From: an uncultured Pseudomonadota bacterium
Lineage (GTDB): Bacteria > Vulcanimicrobiota > Vulcanimicrobiia > Eremiobacterales > Eremiobacteraceae
Direction of reading: 5' to 3'
Assembly (NCBI GenBank): GCA_963736005.1
Contig: CAVTNB010000001.1
Location: 1,056,001-1,120,000 of the forward strand
DNA length: 64,000 bases
Positions 11,057 to 19,752 of the stretch are shown piece after piece; position 1 is the first letter of the stretch; every line of letters starts with the position of its first letter. Position numbers and translations under genes: made by a program. The notes below the pieces were generated by a model, which worked only from the letters and a program-made list of their open reading frames with translations, was not told where the DNA came from and searched no databases.

Positions 11057-11078
11057 TGTCGCGAATGAATTCGCGACA
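11057..11078 (-). repeat. REP family B variant between korA and korB
   Basis: TGTCGCGAATGAATTCGCGACA. Confidence 0.7.
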
Positions 11079-11083
11079 CGATC

Positions 11084-12910
11084 TTATCTAGCGGCTATGC
11101 CGGCGGGCAATCTCATCTCGCGGTTGACGGCGTCGATGATCTCGATCGGACGGAACGGGCGACCATTGTACTTGCGCACGGAATGCATGTGGGGCAGTGG
11201 ACCCGTGACGTAGCGAATCAACCGCTCGAGCTGACCGCTGATATTGTTCTCGATGATAAAGATGTGCGCTGCGCCGGCGATAAAATTACGCACTTCGTCT
11301 TCGGGGAACGGCCACAGTGTACGGAGTTGCAGGAACCTCGTGGGCATGCCTGAGGCGGCCAGTCGTTCCTGTGCTTCTGAGATGGGACCTCGGTTCGCAC
11401 CAAATCCGATGAAGGCGATGGCGGCTTTCGGATCACCGAAGCTATTGGCTTTGGGGAGATCTGGGCGCATGGAGACGAGCTTATGCATACGCTTTTCCAT
11501 CATGCGCGCGCGATTGGTCGCATCTTCTGTGATCACGCCCTCTTCGTTGTGCTCGGAGCCCGGAGAGAGATGCATGCCGCCTTCGACACCTGGAACGACG
11601 CGCGGCGAGACGCCGTCATCGGTGAACGCGAAGCGCTTGTATTCGCCAAAAGTCACGCCCCCGTTGCGCACGAGTTTGCCCCTATCTACGGCAAGACCGT
11701 CCAACTCCAAGCGCGGAATCGACTCTTTGCTTTGGCACAGCGCTTGCTCGGTCAGCACAAAGACGGGCAACTGATACTTTTCAGCGATATTGAACGCCGT
11801 GACCGTGAGGTAAAACGATTCTTCAACCGTACCTGGTACGATGACGACCTTGGGGATCTCGCCATGGCCCGAGAAGATAATATGGTTGAGGTTGCTCTGC
11901 TCGGTTTTCGTGGGCATGCCCGTTGAGGGGCCCGCTCGCGCGCACTCGATGACGACGATTGGGGTCTCGACCACACCTGCCAGGCCGATCCCCTCCGTCA
12001 TCAATGCTTGACCAGGACCAGAGGTTGCCGTCATTGCCCTCACGCCGGCATAAGCCGCGCCGATGGTCATGTTGATGGCGGCCAGCTCGTCTTCTGCTTG
12101 CACGACGATTCCGCCGTAACGAGGCGCATGCTTGGCCATCCACTCCAAAACGTCCGTGGCGGGGGTAATCGGGTAGCCTGCCATAAAGCGGCAGCCAGCG
12201 ACGAGGGCGCCGTAACCGATGGCGTCGTTGCCCATCATGAGAAGCCGGTCGCCGTCTTTGCGTGCATGCAGCCCATAGCCCGATGGCCGGTTGAAATTAT
12301 CTTTGACGAAGCGCTCGCCGGCTTCGATCGCACCAATATTTTGTCCGACGACTTTTTCGCCTTTGCGCTCGTACTGCTTCGTGACCACTTCCCGCACGAT
12401 TGCCGGGTCCATGCCGATGAGCTGGGCCAGCACGCCGAGCGAGATGGTGTTGCGCACGAGCTCTAGACCCAGCTGCTGCTTGGCGATGTTCGCGAGCGGT
12501 ACTTCATAGAAGTAGATGTCGTCTCGCCGGACTGCATCGGTGAGCTTCTCGGACGAGTTGTCGAAGACGACAAAGCCGCCGGGGCGCATTTCACTAATGT
12601 GTTTTTCAACGCACTCGAGATCAAACGCGACGATGGCATCGACCATATCGGCCAGGCCCCAGTGGCGGTGCTCGGTGGCTCGAATCACGTAGTTCGTGTG
12701 GCCGCCTCGGATCCGCGACGGGAAATCCTTGAACGTGTACAGCTCAAGCCCCATGCGCTTGAAGACGGTCGCTATGAGATCGCCCGTGGTCAAACTGCCG
12801 TCCCCGGCTTGGCCGCCGAAGAGAACCTCGATGTTGTTTGTGATCACTATAACTGGGTTATCGGCCTTTTGTGTCAGATTGGCGGCTGGGAGCGCGCGAA
12901 CTCTTGACAT
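11084..12910 (-). CDS. korA: 2-oxoacid:ferredoxin oxidoreductase alpha subunit (gamma-alpha fusion); start may be GTG at 12847
   Basis: GGQAGDG, SRIRGGH, AGYPITPAT, QAEDELAA, TATSGPG, RAGPSTGMPTK. Confidence 0.93.
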   Translation of the reverse strand: MSRVRALPAANLTQKADNPVIVITNNIEVLFGGQAGDGSLTTGDLIATVFKRMGLELYTFKDFPSRIRGGHTNYVIRATEHRHWGLADMVDAIVAFDLECVEKHISEMRPGGFVVFDNSSEKLTDAVRRDDIYFYEVPLANIAKQQLGLELVRNTISLGVLAQLIGMDPAIVREVVTKQYERKGEKVVGQNIGAIEAGERFVKDNFNRPSGYGLHARKDGDRLLMMGNDAIGYGALVAGCRFMAGYPITPATDVLEWMAKHAPRYGGIVVQAEDELAAINMTIGAAYAGVRAMTATSGPGQALMTEGIGLAGVVETPIVVIECARAGPSTGMPTKTEQSNLNHIIFSGHGEIPKVVIVPGTVEESFYLTVTAFNIAEKYQLPVFVLTEQALCQSKESIPRLELDGLAVDRGKLVRNGGVTFGEYKRFAFTDDGVSPRVVPGVEGGMHLSPGSEHNEEGVITEDATNRARMMEKRMHKLVSMRPDLPKANSFGDPKAAIAFIGFGANRGPISEAQERLAASGMPTRFLQLRTLWPFPEDEVRNFIAGAAHIFIIENNISGQLERLIRYVTGPLPHMHSVRKYNGRPFRPIEIIDAVNREMRLPAGIAAR

Positions 12911-13047
12911 GTGTCCATTGCGCGCTCGCCGACATATTAGGTTTCCAAGCCGCGCAGCGGCTTCCTGCGGGCGTTTGCGGCGGCCAGCTACAACGGACGC
13001 TGCTTGCGAAGGCGCGCGTGGAGCAATCAACGTAGAGGACTAGGGCA

Positions 13048-13869
13048 ATGAGTCAAAACCGCCAAGAACCTGACTTTAACACCCTCGCTGTCGACTATGC
13101 GAAGTTTCGCACATCGTACTCCGAAGAATTGTTCGACACCATTCTTGAGTATGCGCGCGTGCCGCTCGGGGGACGCGTCTTGGACCTCGCTTGCGGCACC
13201 GGTTTGGGAATGCTTGCGTACCTGCGTCGCGGATTCTCGGTCTGCGGCGTCGATGTTGCCGAAGGTATGATCGAAGAAGCACGCAAGAGCTTGCCAAGCG
13301 ACGCCGGCGTCGAATTTCGCATCGGACCGGCTGAGGAACTGCCGCTCCAGGACGCCTCCTTCGATCTCGTGTCATGCGCACAAGCGTTTCACTGGTTTGA
13401 GCCGCATCGCGCGTTCGCAGAGTGCGCCCGCGTGCTAAAGCCAGGCGGCGCACTCGCCATTTTTTGGAAGCATGCCGCCCGAGGTGATGTGCTGACCGAG
13501 GCATGCGAGCGCATCGTCTGTGATTGGCTGGGCGAGGAGGCGATGCGCCAGACTCGCGATCATGCAGACGAACACGAATCGGGCTGGAGCGTATTTTGGC
13601 AATACGTTGCGCCTCGTACAGACCCAACGGGTGAGCGGTTGTTGTGCGATGGTGAAAAGAGAGTGGTCGAGTTCTTTTTCCCCCGCACTCCAGACGAGTT
13701 TGTTGGATACCAACGCTCGCGCGAAAAGATTCGCAAGGTCCTTGGGGTGAGACGGGAAGAGTTTCTAGAGGAGCTCGATCGCCGTTTGCGTGCCCGTGGA
13801 GACATGAACGAGCCAGTTCAGCAGCGGCAGATTCAGTACGTTTTTCTCGCGCGCAAACCTAAAAAGTAG
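13048..13869 (+). CDS. Class I SAM-dependent methyltransferase
   Basis: VLDLACGTG, AEELPL, AQAFHWF, RVLKPGG. Confidence 0.92.
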   Translation: MSQNRQEPDFNTLAVDYAKFRTSYSEELFDTILEYARVPLGGRVLDLACGTGLGMLAYLRRGFSVCGVDVAEGMIEEARKSLPSDAGVEFRIGPAEELPLQDASFDLVSCAQAFHWFEPHRAFAECARVLKPGGALAIFWKHAARGDVLTEACERIVCDWLGEEAMRQTRDHADEHESGWSVFWQYVAPRTDPTGERLLCDGEKRVVEFFFPRTPDEFVGYQRSREKIRKVLGVRREEFLEELDRRLRARGDMNEPVQQRQIQYVFLARKPKK

Positions 13870-13890
13870 TCTCGCAAATTTATTCGCGAG
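13866..13890 (+). repeat. REP family B in the minority orientation; its GTAG contains the methyltransferase stop
   Basis: GTAG-TCTCGCAAATTTATTCGCGAG. Confidence 0.8.
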
Positions 13891-13895
13891 TCAAA

Positions 13896-14297
13896 CTACG
13901 CGCGGGGCATTGCGAAACCGATTTGCCGACGATGCTGCTCTTCTTCTATGAATTCGGCAATCCGTTTCTCGCCCTTTGGCTCGACGTCAAGGAAGCTCAA
14001 ACCGCAGAGCCACTGAAAGCCACGCTCGTCCTTCATTGCGTGCACGACGATGGCTGTTAAGTGGTAATGGTCAGCGACGCCGATGCTAAACTCCAGGGTG
14101 ACCATGTCCCCGGGCCGCAGGCGCTGCGCGAGCGTGATGCGCGCGCCTCCGCCGCTCAACTGGTTGAGCATGACCGAGCGAACCTCGCCTTTGGCAAGCA
14201 TGATTCTTGCCGGCTCGCTCATCAAAATGCGCTGCCAGCGCCGGACATAGTTCCGAGGCTGACTGGTGGAGAACATTTTCCGCAAGGAATTCAACAT
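13896..14297 (-). CDS. Single-domain PilZ protein
   Basis: RRWQR (RxxxR) and NQLSGGGA (D/N-x-S-x-x-G-like) motifs; CGLSF. Confidence 0.85.
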   Translation of the reverse strand: MLNSLRKMFSTSQPRNYVRRWQRILMSEPARIMLAKGEVRSVMLNQLSGGGARITLAQRLRPGDMVTLEFSIGVADHYHLTAIVVHAMKDERGFQWLCGLSFLDVEPKGEKRIAEFIEEEQHRRQIGFAMPRA

Positions 14298-14493
14298 CCT
14301 GAATTCTCTCTGCCGGCGATCACGCTTTGCCTACCTTCGTTGACAGTGGGACCAGCGGCAAACGTGATTTGTGTCACGCGCTGACTGTGATGGGCGGTGT
14401 GCATGTGCGCGCGTTTCATATGCAAAGTCATGGAAATAATTATACTCGATCGCGGTCGAGCGTGCTTGAGGACCCAATGAGAAAATCTGGGTT

Positions 14494-14913
14494 TTAGGAC
14501 CCGGCCTCGTGCGACGCCTGGTCGGCGGTTTGAGTCGCCCTGCGGCGGGATTGCTCGGCAGCGATGTAGGTGGCGATCCATTGGGTCTCGTGCGCGCGCA
14601 GCCCGAGAAAACAAAGACCGCACGCGAAATAGTAGCCCGAGTTTTCCTTTAACGAATAGACGATGCGGGCGATGATGCTTTGGCGCCCGCCTGCGCCATG
14701 ATCGAATTCCAGCTCGATGTTGTCGCCGGCCCGCAGAGGCATGGTTGTTTGAACTCGTGCGCCCCCGACCGAAAGCTGATTGACGATGACGGGCTGATCG
14801 CTGCCATCTGGCAGCCTGACCTGCGCTGGTTCAGCGATGGCGATGCGCGGCCAGCGCCGAGAATAGCGATCGGGCGGCCTCTTGAGGAGTAATCGTTTCA
14901 ACGTGTCAAGCAA
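14494..14913 (-). CDS. Single-domain PilZ protein, paralogue of 13896-14297
   Basis: RRWPR and NQLSVGGA motifs; CGLCF. Confidence 0.85.
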   Translation of the reverse strand: MLDTLKRLLLKRPPDRYSRRWPRIAIAEPAQVRLPDGSDQPVIVNQLSVGGARVQTTMPLRAGDNIELEFDHGAGGRQSIIARIVYSLKENSGYYFACGLCFLGLRAHETQWIATYIAAEQSRRRATQTADQASHEAGS

Positions 14914-15096
14914 TGCGCAATAGCCCCGTTGACGAAAAGACCCGTTGGCGAAGCGCTTTGTGTCATGACGGACGTCATATGAGCGAAGGCGCTAGCGCCT
15001 ATGGTCGCCTTGCAAGGCGCAGACAGGGCGACGAGCCTTGTAATGGAAGCGGCCAGACGTACGTCTTATCGGCGTGAGTAGCTGGTTTGCATCCAC

Positions 15097-15687
15097 ATGA
15101 CAAAGCCGGAAAGAGTCCTGGCTCTCGCCGGTATCGGCGTCATCGCAAGTGCGGTTCTGTTGGTCACCTACGTGACCCACTCGAACGCCGATTCCCAGCC
15201 GAGCGGCTGCGGCGCGCAGCGAGCGAAGCTCGAGCAGACGCTCGATCAAGTCCGATTCGCCATGTCTGCCCAACATGCGGTCTCGAGCGCGCTCGAGTAT
15301 TCGGATCAATCACGGCTGGCTTACTATAATGACATTGCCGCGATGCGCCGACAGCTCGCCGGTTCGAACCATAGCTCAGTTCAGCACGATCTCGTGCAGG
15401 CTTCGGTTCTTCTGAGCGACCAAGAAGCACCCATCTCACAGGCGCACGCGATCACCGCGCAAGCCAAGCATGAATTGCAGGGCGCTTTGCCGCTGGTCAA
15501 CGAAGCCGCGCAGGATCTGCAAGAAGGCGATTGCAGCGCGTTAACCCTCACCATGGAGCGCTCGGGCTGGCCCAAGGACCATCTCCTCGGTCAGTTGGCG
15601 TCCGCCGCGCGCCTCAACAGCGTCGTGAGCGAGCAACTCGACTCAGCGCTCGCACTGATCACGCACGCGCAGCATTTCGTTCGCTAA
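15097..15687 (+). CDS. Hypothetical membrane-anchored or secreted helical protein
   Basis: N-terminal hydrophobic segment, Ala/Leu/Gln-rich helices, two Cys. Confidence 0.65.
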   Translation: MTKPERVLALAGIGVIASAVLLVTYVTHSNADSQPSGCGAQRAKLEQTLDQVRFAMSAQHAVSSALEYSDQSRLAYYNDIAAMRRQLAGSNHSSVQHDLVQASVLLSDQEAPISQAHAITAQAKHELQGALPLVNEAAQDLQEGDCSALTLTMERSGWPKDHLLGQLASAARLNSVVSEQLDSALALITHAQHFVR

Positions 15688-15699
15688 ACGGATACCGAA

Positions 15700-15753
15700 C
15701 GCGCGAATAAATTCGCGCGACTACAGTCGATGGCGGCGCGCCATCGCCCCTAC
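15700..15753 (-). repeat. REP family B (15700-15724) and an A-like variant (15728-15753) between convergent genes
   Basis: CGCGCGAATAAATTCGCGCGA-CTAC and CGATGGCG-GCG-CGCCATCG-CCCCTAC. Confidence 0.85.
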
Positions 15754-16679
15754 GTGATGCGATGGGCGGCCGCGGTTTGCGCGATACCGTCCGCGTAGCT
15801 TGTCTTGCGGATCGGTCCGAGAACCAAGGCGAGCTTGCTATCGTCGAGGATGACTGGGTCGCTCTGCAGATACTGCATTTCAACGAGTTCGCGCATCACG
15901 GGGTTGAAGAGGCCGACGACCCGCAACATCGTCGTCGTGACGACACGCAACTTGAGCTGCTGTCCGAATTGCTTGTAGATACGCGTGGCAAACTCGCGCG
16001 TCGTGGTCGTTCCTGGCCCTGCCACGTTGTACGCCGTTCCGTAGACATCATCTCTTGCAGACAAGTCGAGGACCACAGGACCGACATCGTGCGTATACAG
16101 CCATTCGTGAGGCCGGTCGATGGGCGCAAAAACGGGTGCGGGCTTGCCGTCGCGCGCGGCTTTGAAGATCTCATTCGCGACGCTGTTTTCCGCGTCGGCC
16201 GAGTAAAAGTCGGGAAGGCGCAGAACGAGCGTTCCAAGTGCGGAGGAATTGGCAGCCAGCGCAAGGTCCTCTTGCTGCTTGCGCATGCGTCCTTTATAGG
16301 TTTGCGGATTGCGAGAGTGCGTCTCATTAACCAGCGTTGCGGTCGGCTTGCCGTAGCTGTAGACGTTTGAGATCACAATGAGTTTGCGGACGTTTTGCGC
16401 GCGCGCAGCGTCAACGGTCCGCTGCATGAGGAGTGGATGCAGCTCGAAGTGGTTATAGGGAACTCCGACAGCATGGACGATCGTATCCAACCCAGCAGCC
16501 GCGCGACTCGCGTCAGCTGGGTCGGTGAGGTCGGCGGCGACCTGCTCGTGAGCAGAACCAAAAGCCGATTGCAGCGCTGCTGCGCGCCTCCCCACGACTC
16601 GTACAGGCACGCCCCGTCGTTGTGCTTGCGCTGCGACTGCCTTTCCAATGGCGCCAGCAGCTCCGAATATTCCGAGCAT
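15750..16679 (-). CDS. NAD(P)-dependent epimerase/dehydratase (atypical SDR)
   Basis: GAAGAIG Rossmann motif, NVYSYG, LRLPDFY. Confidence 0.88.
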   Translation of the reverse strand: MLGIFGAAGAIGKAVAAQAQRRGVPVRVVGRRAAALQSAFGSAHEQVAADLTDPADASRAAAGLDTIVHAVGVPYNHFELHPLLMQRTVDAARAQNVRKLIVISNVYSYGKPTATLVNETHSRNPQTYKGRMRKQQEDLALAANSSALGTLVLRLPDFYSADAENSVANEIFKAARDGKPAPVFAPIDRPHEWLYTHDVGPVVLDLSARDDVYGTAYNVAGPGTTTTREFATRIYKQFGQQLKLRVVTTTMLRVVGLFNPVMRELVEMQYLQSDPVILDDSKLALVLGPIRKTSYADGIAQTAAAHRIT

Positions 16680-16705
16680 CGCCCGCTACGCTTTGGGTGG
16701 TGGGA

Positions 16706-18256
16706 TTAGTCGGGTTTGGAGAACCAACCCGAAGGCTCCACAGCCAAGTTCACGTTGATCTGCTTGACTTCAGTATACGCCTCGAAACCGTACGTACCGA
16801 GTTCCCGGCCGATGCCCGACTGTTTGTAGCCGCCCCATGGCGCTTCATTATATGTGGGGTGATAGGTGTTGATCCAGGTTATGCCGGCTCGCAGTTTGCG
16901 GATGACACGATGAGCCTTTGCGATGTCGTTCGTGAAGACGCCGCCGGCCAATCCGTAGATGGTATCGTTGGCGAGTTTGATCGCCTCTTTCTCATCCTTA
17001 AAAGTTTGCACGACGAGCACCGGGCCAAAGATCTCTTCTTGAACGATCCTCATGTCCGGCTTGGTATGCGTGAAGATCGTTGGCTCGATAAAGTTGCCCT
17101 TGCGCCCCAGCTCTCCTGGCAGACGGCCCCCACCGCACTCAAGCTTGGCGCCTTCTTCTATGCCTGTCTTAATGTAGGCTTCGATCTTTTCCTCATGCGC
17201 GCGACTGACAATCGGCCCCATTTCGGTTTGGGGATCGAAACCATCTCCCACACGGATTTGTTTTGCTCGATCGACGACCGCCTTCACGAATTTGTCGGCA
17301 ATCGACTGTTCCACGAGCAGCCTCGATCCTGCCGAACAGACTTGACCGGCGTTGGCGAAGATGCCAAACAGCGCGTAATCAACTGCGGTGTCGAAGTCGG
17401 CGTCAGCGAACACGATGTTTGGTGATTTGCCGCCCAACTCGAGCGAAATCTTCTTGAGATTGCCGACGGCGGCTTGCATGATCGCACGGCCCGTCTTCGT
17501 GCCGCCAGTGAACGCAACTTTGTCAACCAGCTCGCTGGCTGCAATCGCATGGCCGACGACTGGGCCCGACCCGAGGACAATATTGACGACGCCCTTGGGG
17601 AAGTCCAACTCCTCGATCCAGGTCGCGAGGCGAAGAGCGGTCAGGGGCGTCAGTTCCGATGGCTTGAGCACGCAGGTATTGCCAGCCGCAAGCGCAGGTG
17701 CGAGCTTCCATGATGCCATCAACAAGGGATAGTTCCAGGGAATAATCTGTCCGCACACACCGATTGGTTCGCGCACCACCATTGTCTGAGATGCCGCAGG
17801 GACATCGAAAGTCTGGCCGCTTGGTTTGGTCGCAAGCCCGGCATAGTAGCGGAAACAGTTAGCGGCATCCGCCATGTCGTATTCCGTCTCGCGCAGGGGC
17901 TTGCCGTTATTGAGCGTCTCGATGCGCGAAAGCTCGGTCGCGTTTTCATCGATGCGTTCGGCGAGACGAAAGAGCAATTTCGCGCGATCTTGCGCGAGTG
18001 AATCACCCCACGGTCCTTCGTAGAACGCTTTGTGAGCGGCCCGGATGGCGCGCTCGGCATCTTCTTTCGTTCCCTCTGCGACCTTTGCAATTACCTCGCC
18101 GTTCGCCGGGTTCACGAGATCGCGGGTTCCACCATCGGAGGCAGCGGTCCATTCGCCGCCGATCCACATGAGAAATGCGTCGCCCTTGCGTTTGAGATTC
18201 TTGAACAGCTCCGCGGCACGAGGCGCGGAACTCGGCTTGGCTTCAGCGGTTGCCAT
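16706..18256 (-). CDS. NAD-dependent aldehyde dehydrogenase (aminoaldehyde/betaine-aldehyde type)
   Basis: IPWNYP, LKPSE, FTGGT, LELGGKSP, GQVCSAGSR, EEIFGPV; AAGGA upstream of the ATG at 18256. Confidence 0.93.
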   Translation of the reverse strand: MATAEAKPSSAPRAAELFKNLKRKGDAFLMWIGGEWTAASDGGTRDLVNPANGEVIAKVAEGTKEDAERAIRAAHKAFYEGPWGDSLAQDRAKLLFRLAERIDENATELSRIETLNNGKPLRETEYDMADAANCFRYYAGLATKPSGQTFDVPAASQTMVVREPIGVCGQIIPWNYPLLMASWKLAPALAAGNTCVLKPSELTPLTALRLATWIEELDFPKGVVNIVLGSGPVVGHAIAASELVDKVAFTGGTKTGRAIMQAAVGNLKKISLELGGKSPNIVFADADFDTAVDYALFGIFANAGQVCSAGSRLLVEQSIADKFVKAVVDRAKQIRVGDGFDPQTEMGPIVSRAHEEKIEAYIKTGIEEGAKLECGGGRLPGELGRKGNFIEPTIFTHTKPDMRIVQEEIFGPVLVVQTFKDEKEAIKLANDTIYGLAGGVFTNDIAKAHRVIRKLRAGITWINTYHPTYNEAPWGGYKQSGIGRELGTYGFEAYTEVKQINVNLAVEPSGWFSKPD

Positions 18257-18316
18257 TTTCTTGATTCCTTTTCGACTTGGTTGAAATCGGTTAAGGCGTT
18301 TGCCAGCCAATCACCG

Positions 18317-19735
18317 CTACATTGCGGCGAGGCACTCCGCCAACGCCTTGCAGACGTAATCCGCCTGGTCCTCTGTCAGTGTCAGCGGCGGCTCGACCCG
18401 AATGACGCGGGCGTTGACGAGCGTGCCCGAGACAAGCACGCCGCGGTCGAGCATGGCTTTGCTGAGTTTGAAGCCTAGCTGGTCGTTGGGGAACTCCATT
18501 GCCATGAGCATGCCCTTGCCACGAAGATCGATGATGATATTGCTGTACCCTCGTGCCGCCTCGCGCAGGCCCGCAAGCATGCGATCGCCCATGCGCGCGG
18601 CTCGTTCGGGCAGCCGCTCCTCGATGAGGACATTGATTGTCGCAAGTGCCGCCGCACACGCGAGCGGGTTGCCCCCGAACGTCGTCGTGTGCAAGAACGG
18701 GTTGCCAAATAAGCGCGAGAAAACAGCTTTGGTGCCCACCACTGCGCCGGCCGGCATAACTCCGCCGCCAAATGCTTTGGCCAGACACATGAGATCAGGA
18801 GCGACACCCCAATGCTCGCAGCAGAACATCTTGCCGGTGCGGCCCATCCCGGTCTGCACTTCGTCCAAAATAAGCAGCGCCCCGAACTCATCGCAGAGTG
18901 CGCGCACACCGGGGAGGTAGTCGTCGCTCGGAATATTGACGCCGCCCTCACCTTGAATCGGCTCTAAGATCACGGCGCCAACTTCTTCTCCGACCGTCTT
19001 GAGCGTCTGCATGCGCCACCGTAACGCGGCGAGATCGTTGAAGGGCACGTGCTCGATGTTGGGCAGCATAGCCCCGAACGGACGGCGAAACTCGCCCTTT
19101 GCGCTGACGGAGAGCGCGCCCATGCTCTTACCGTGAAAGCCTTTCGTCGCCGCAACAATTGTTTGCTTCGCCGGATCGAAAGCGCGCGCGAGCTTGAGTG
19201 CGGCTTCGATCGTCTCGGTTCCGCTATTGCAGAAAAACGCGTATTCAAGGTTGCCCGGCGTGAGCATGGCAAGTGCCTTCGCGAGCATCGCGCGCAGTGG
19301 ATCGAGCAAGTCTTGGCTGTGCAAGGCCTGCCGTTTGAGCTGGTCCGTGACGGCCTTGACGACCTTGGGGTGGCGATGACCGACATTGTAAATTCCAAAA
19401 CCGCCGAGGCAATCGATATATTCCTTGCCGGCGACATCTCGATATGCATTCGCTCCGGCGTCGCCCCATTCGACGACCGCTGCGGCGTGCTCAACAGCCG
19501 TGGCCTTACGGTATTCGAGAAACCCCGGATTGACATGGTCGCGGAAGCCCTTGACCGTTTCCGCGATGACCCACTCCGCGTCGTCCGCGTCGATCTCCGG
19601 CTTCGCGATAAGATCGAGCACGCGCTGCGTGTAGGCAAAGACCTCTGCATCCGGGCGCTTGCCGTGCGTGTTGCGGTCGGAGTCGATCTGAAGATCAGCT
19701 GCTTTATTTTTCTTTTGACTATCGATAATTTGCAT
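18317..19735 (-). CDS. patA: Putrescine aminotransferase (class III PLP)
   Basis: HVNPGFLEYRK, IDCLGGFGI, HSQDLLDPLRAMLAK and PFLHTTTFGGNPLACAAA match E. coli PatA/YgjG as I recall it; PLP Lys in CLAKAFGGG. Confidence 0.88.
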   Translation of the reverse strand: MQIIDSQKKNKAADLQIDSDRNTHGKRPDAEVFAYTQRVLDLIAKPEIDADDAEWVIAETVKGFRDHVNPGFLEYRKATAVEHAAAVVEWGDAGANAYRDVAGKEYIDCLGGFGIYNVGHRHPKVVKAVTDQLKRQALHSQDLLDPLRAMLAKALAMLTPGNLEYAFFCNSGTETIEAALKLARAFDPAKQTIVAATKGFHGKSMGALSVSAKGEFRRPFGAMLPNIEHVPFNDLAALRWRMQTLKTVGEEVGAVILEPIQGEGGVNIPSDDYLPGVRALCDEFGALLILDEVQTGMGRTGKMFCCEHWGVAPDLMCLAKAFGGGVMPAGAVVGTKAVFSRLFGNPFLHTTTFGGNPLACAAALATINVLIEERLPERAARMGDRMLAGLREAARGYSNIIIDLRGKGMLMAMEFPNDQLGFKLSKAMLDRGVLVSGTLVNARVIRVEPPLTLTEDQADYVCKALAECLAAM

Positions 19736-19752
19736 GATGCCTTTTCGTTGTT

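Noticed and set aside
12911..13030. N-terminal extensions in the ORF track (korA to 13030; also ALDH 18310, pepE 28955, GNAT 28711, permease 32707, MATE 59501, CcdC-like 45028)
   Set aside because: They overlap neighbours or promoters and lack family similarity; downstream starts preferred
14298..14444. c-di-GMP-I riboswitch upstream of PilZ (GGCAAAC, GTGGGAC and GCAAAGC fragments)
   Set aside because: Fragments are in the wrong order or on different strands; kept only as an unassigned structured leader
16622..17425. 267-aa plus-strand ORF opposite the aldehyde dehydrogenase
   Set aside because: Typical antisense frame of a conserved ALDH gene
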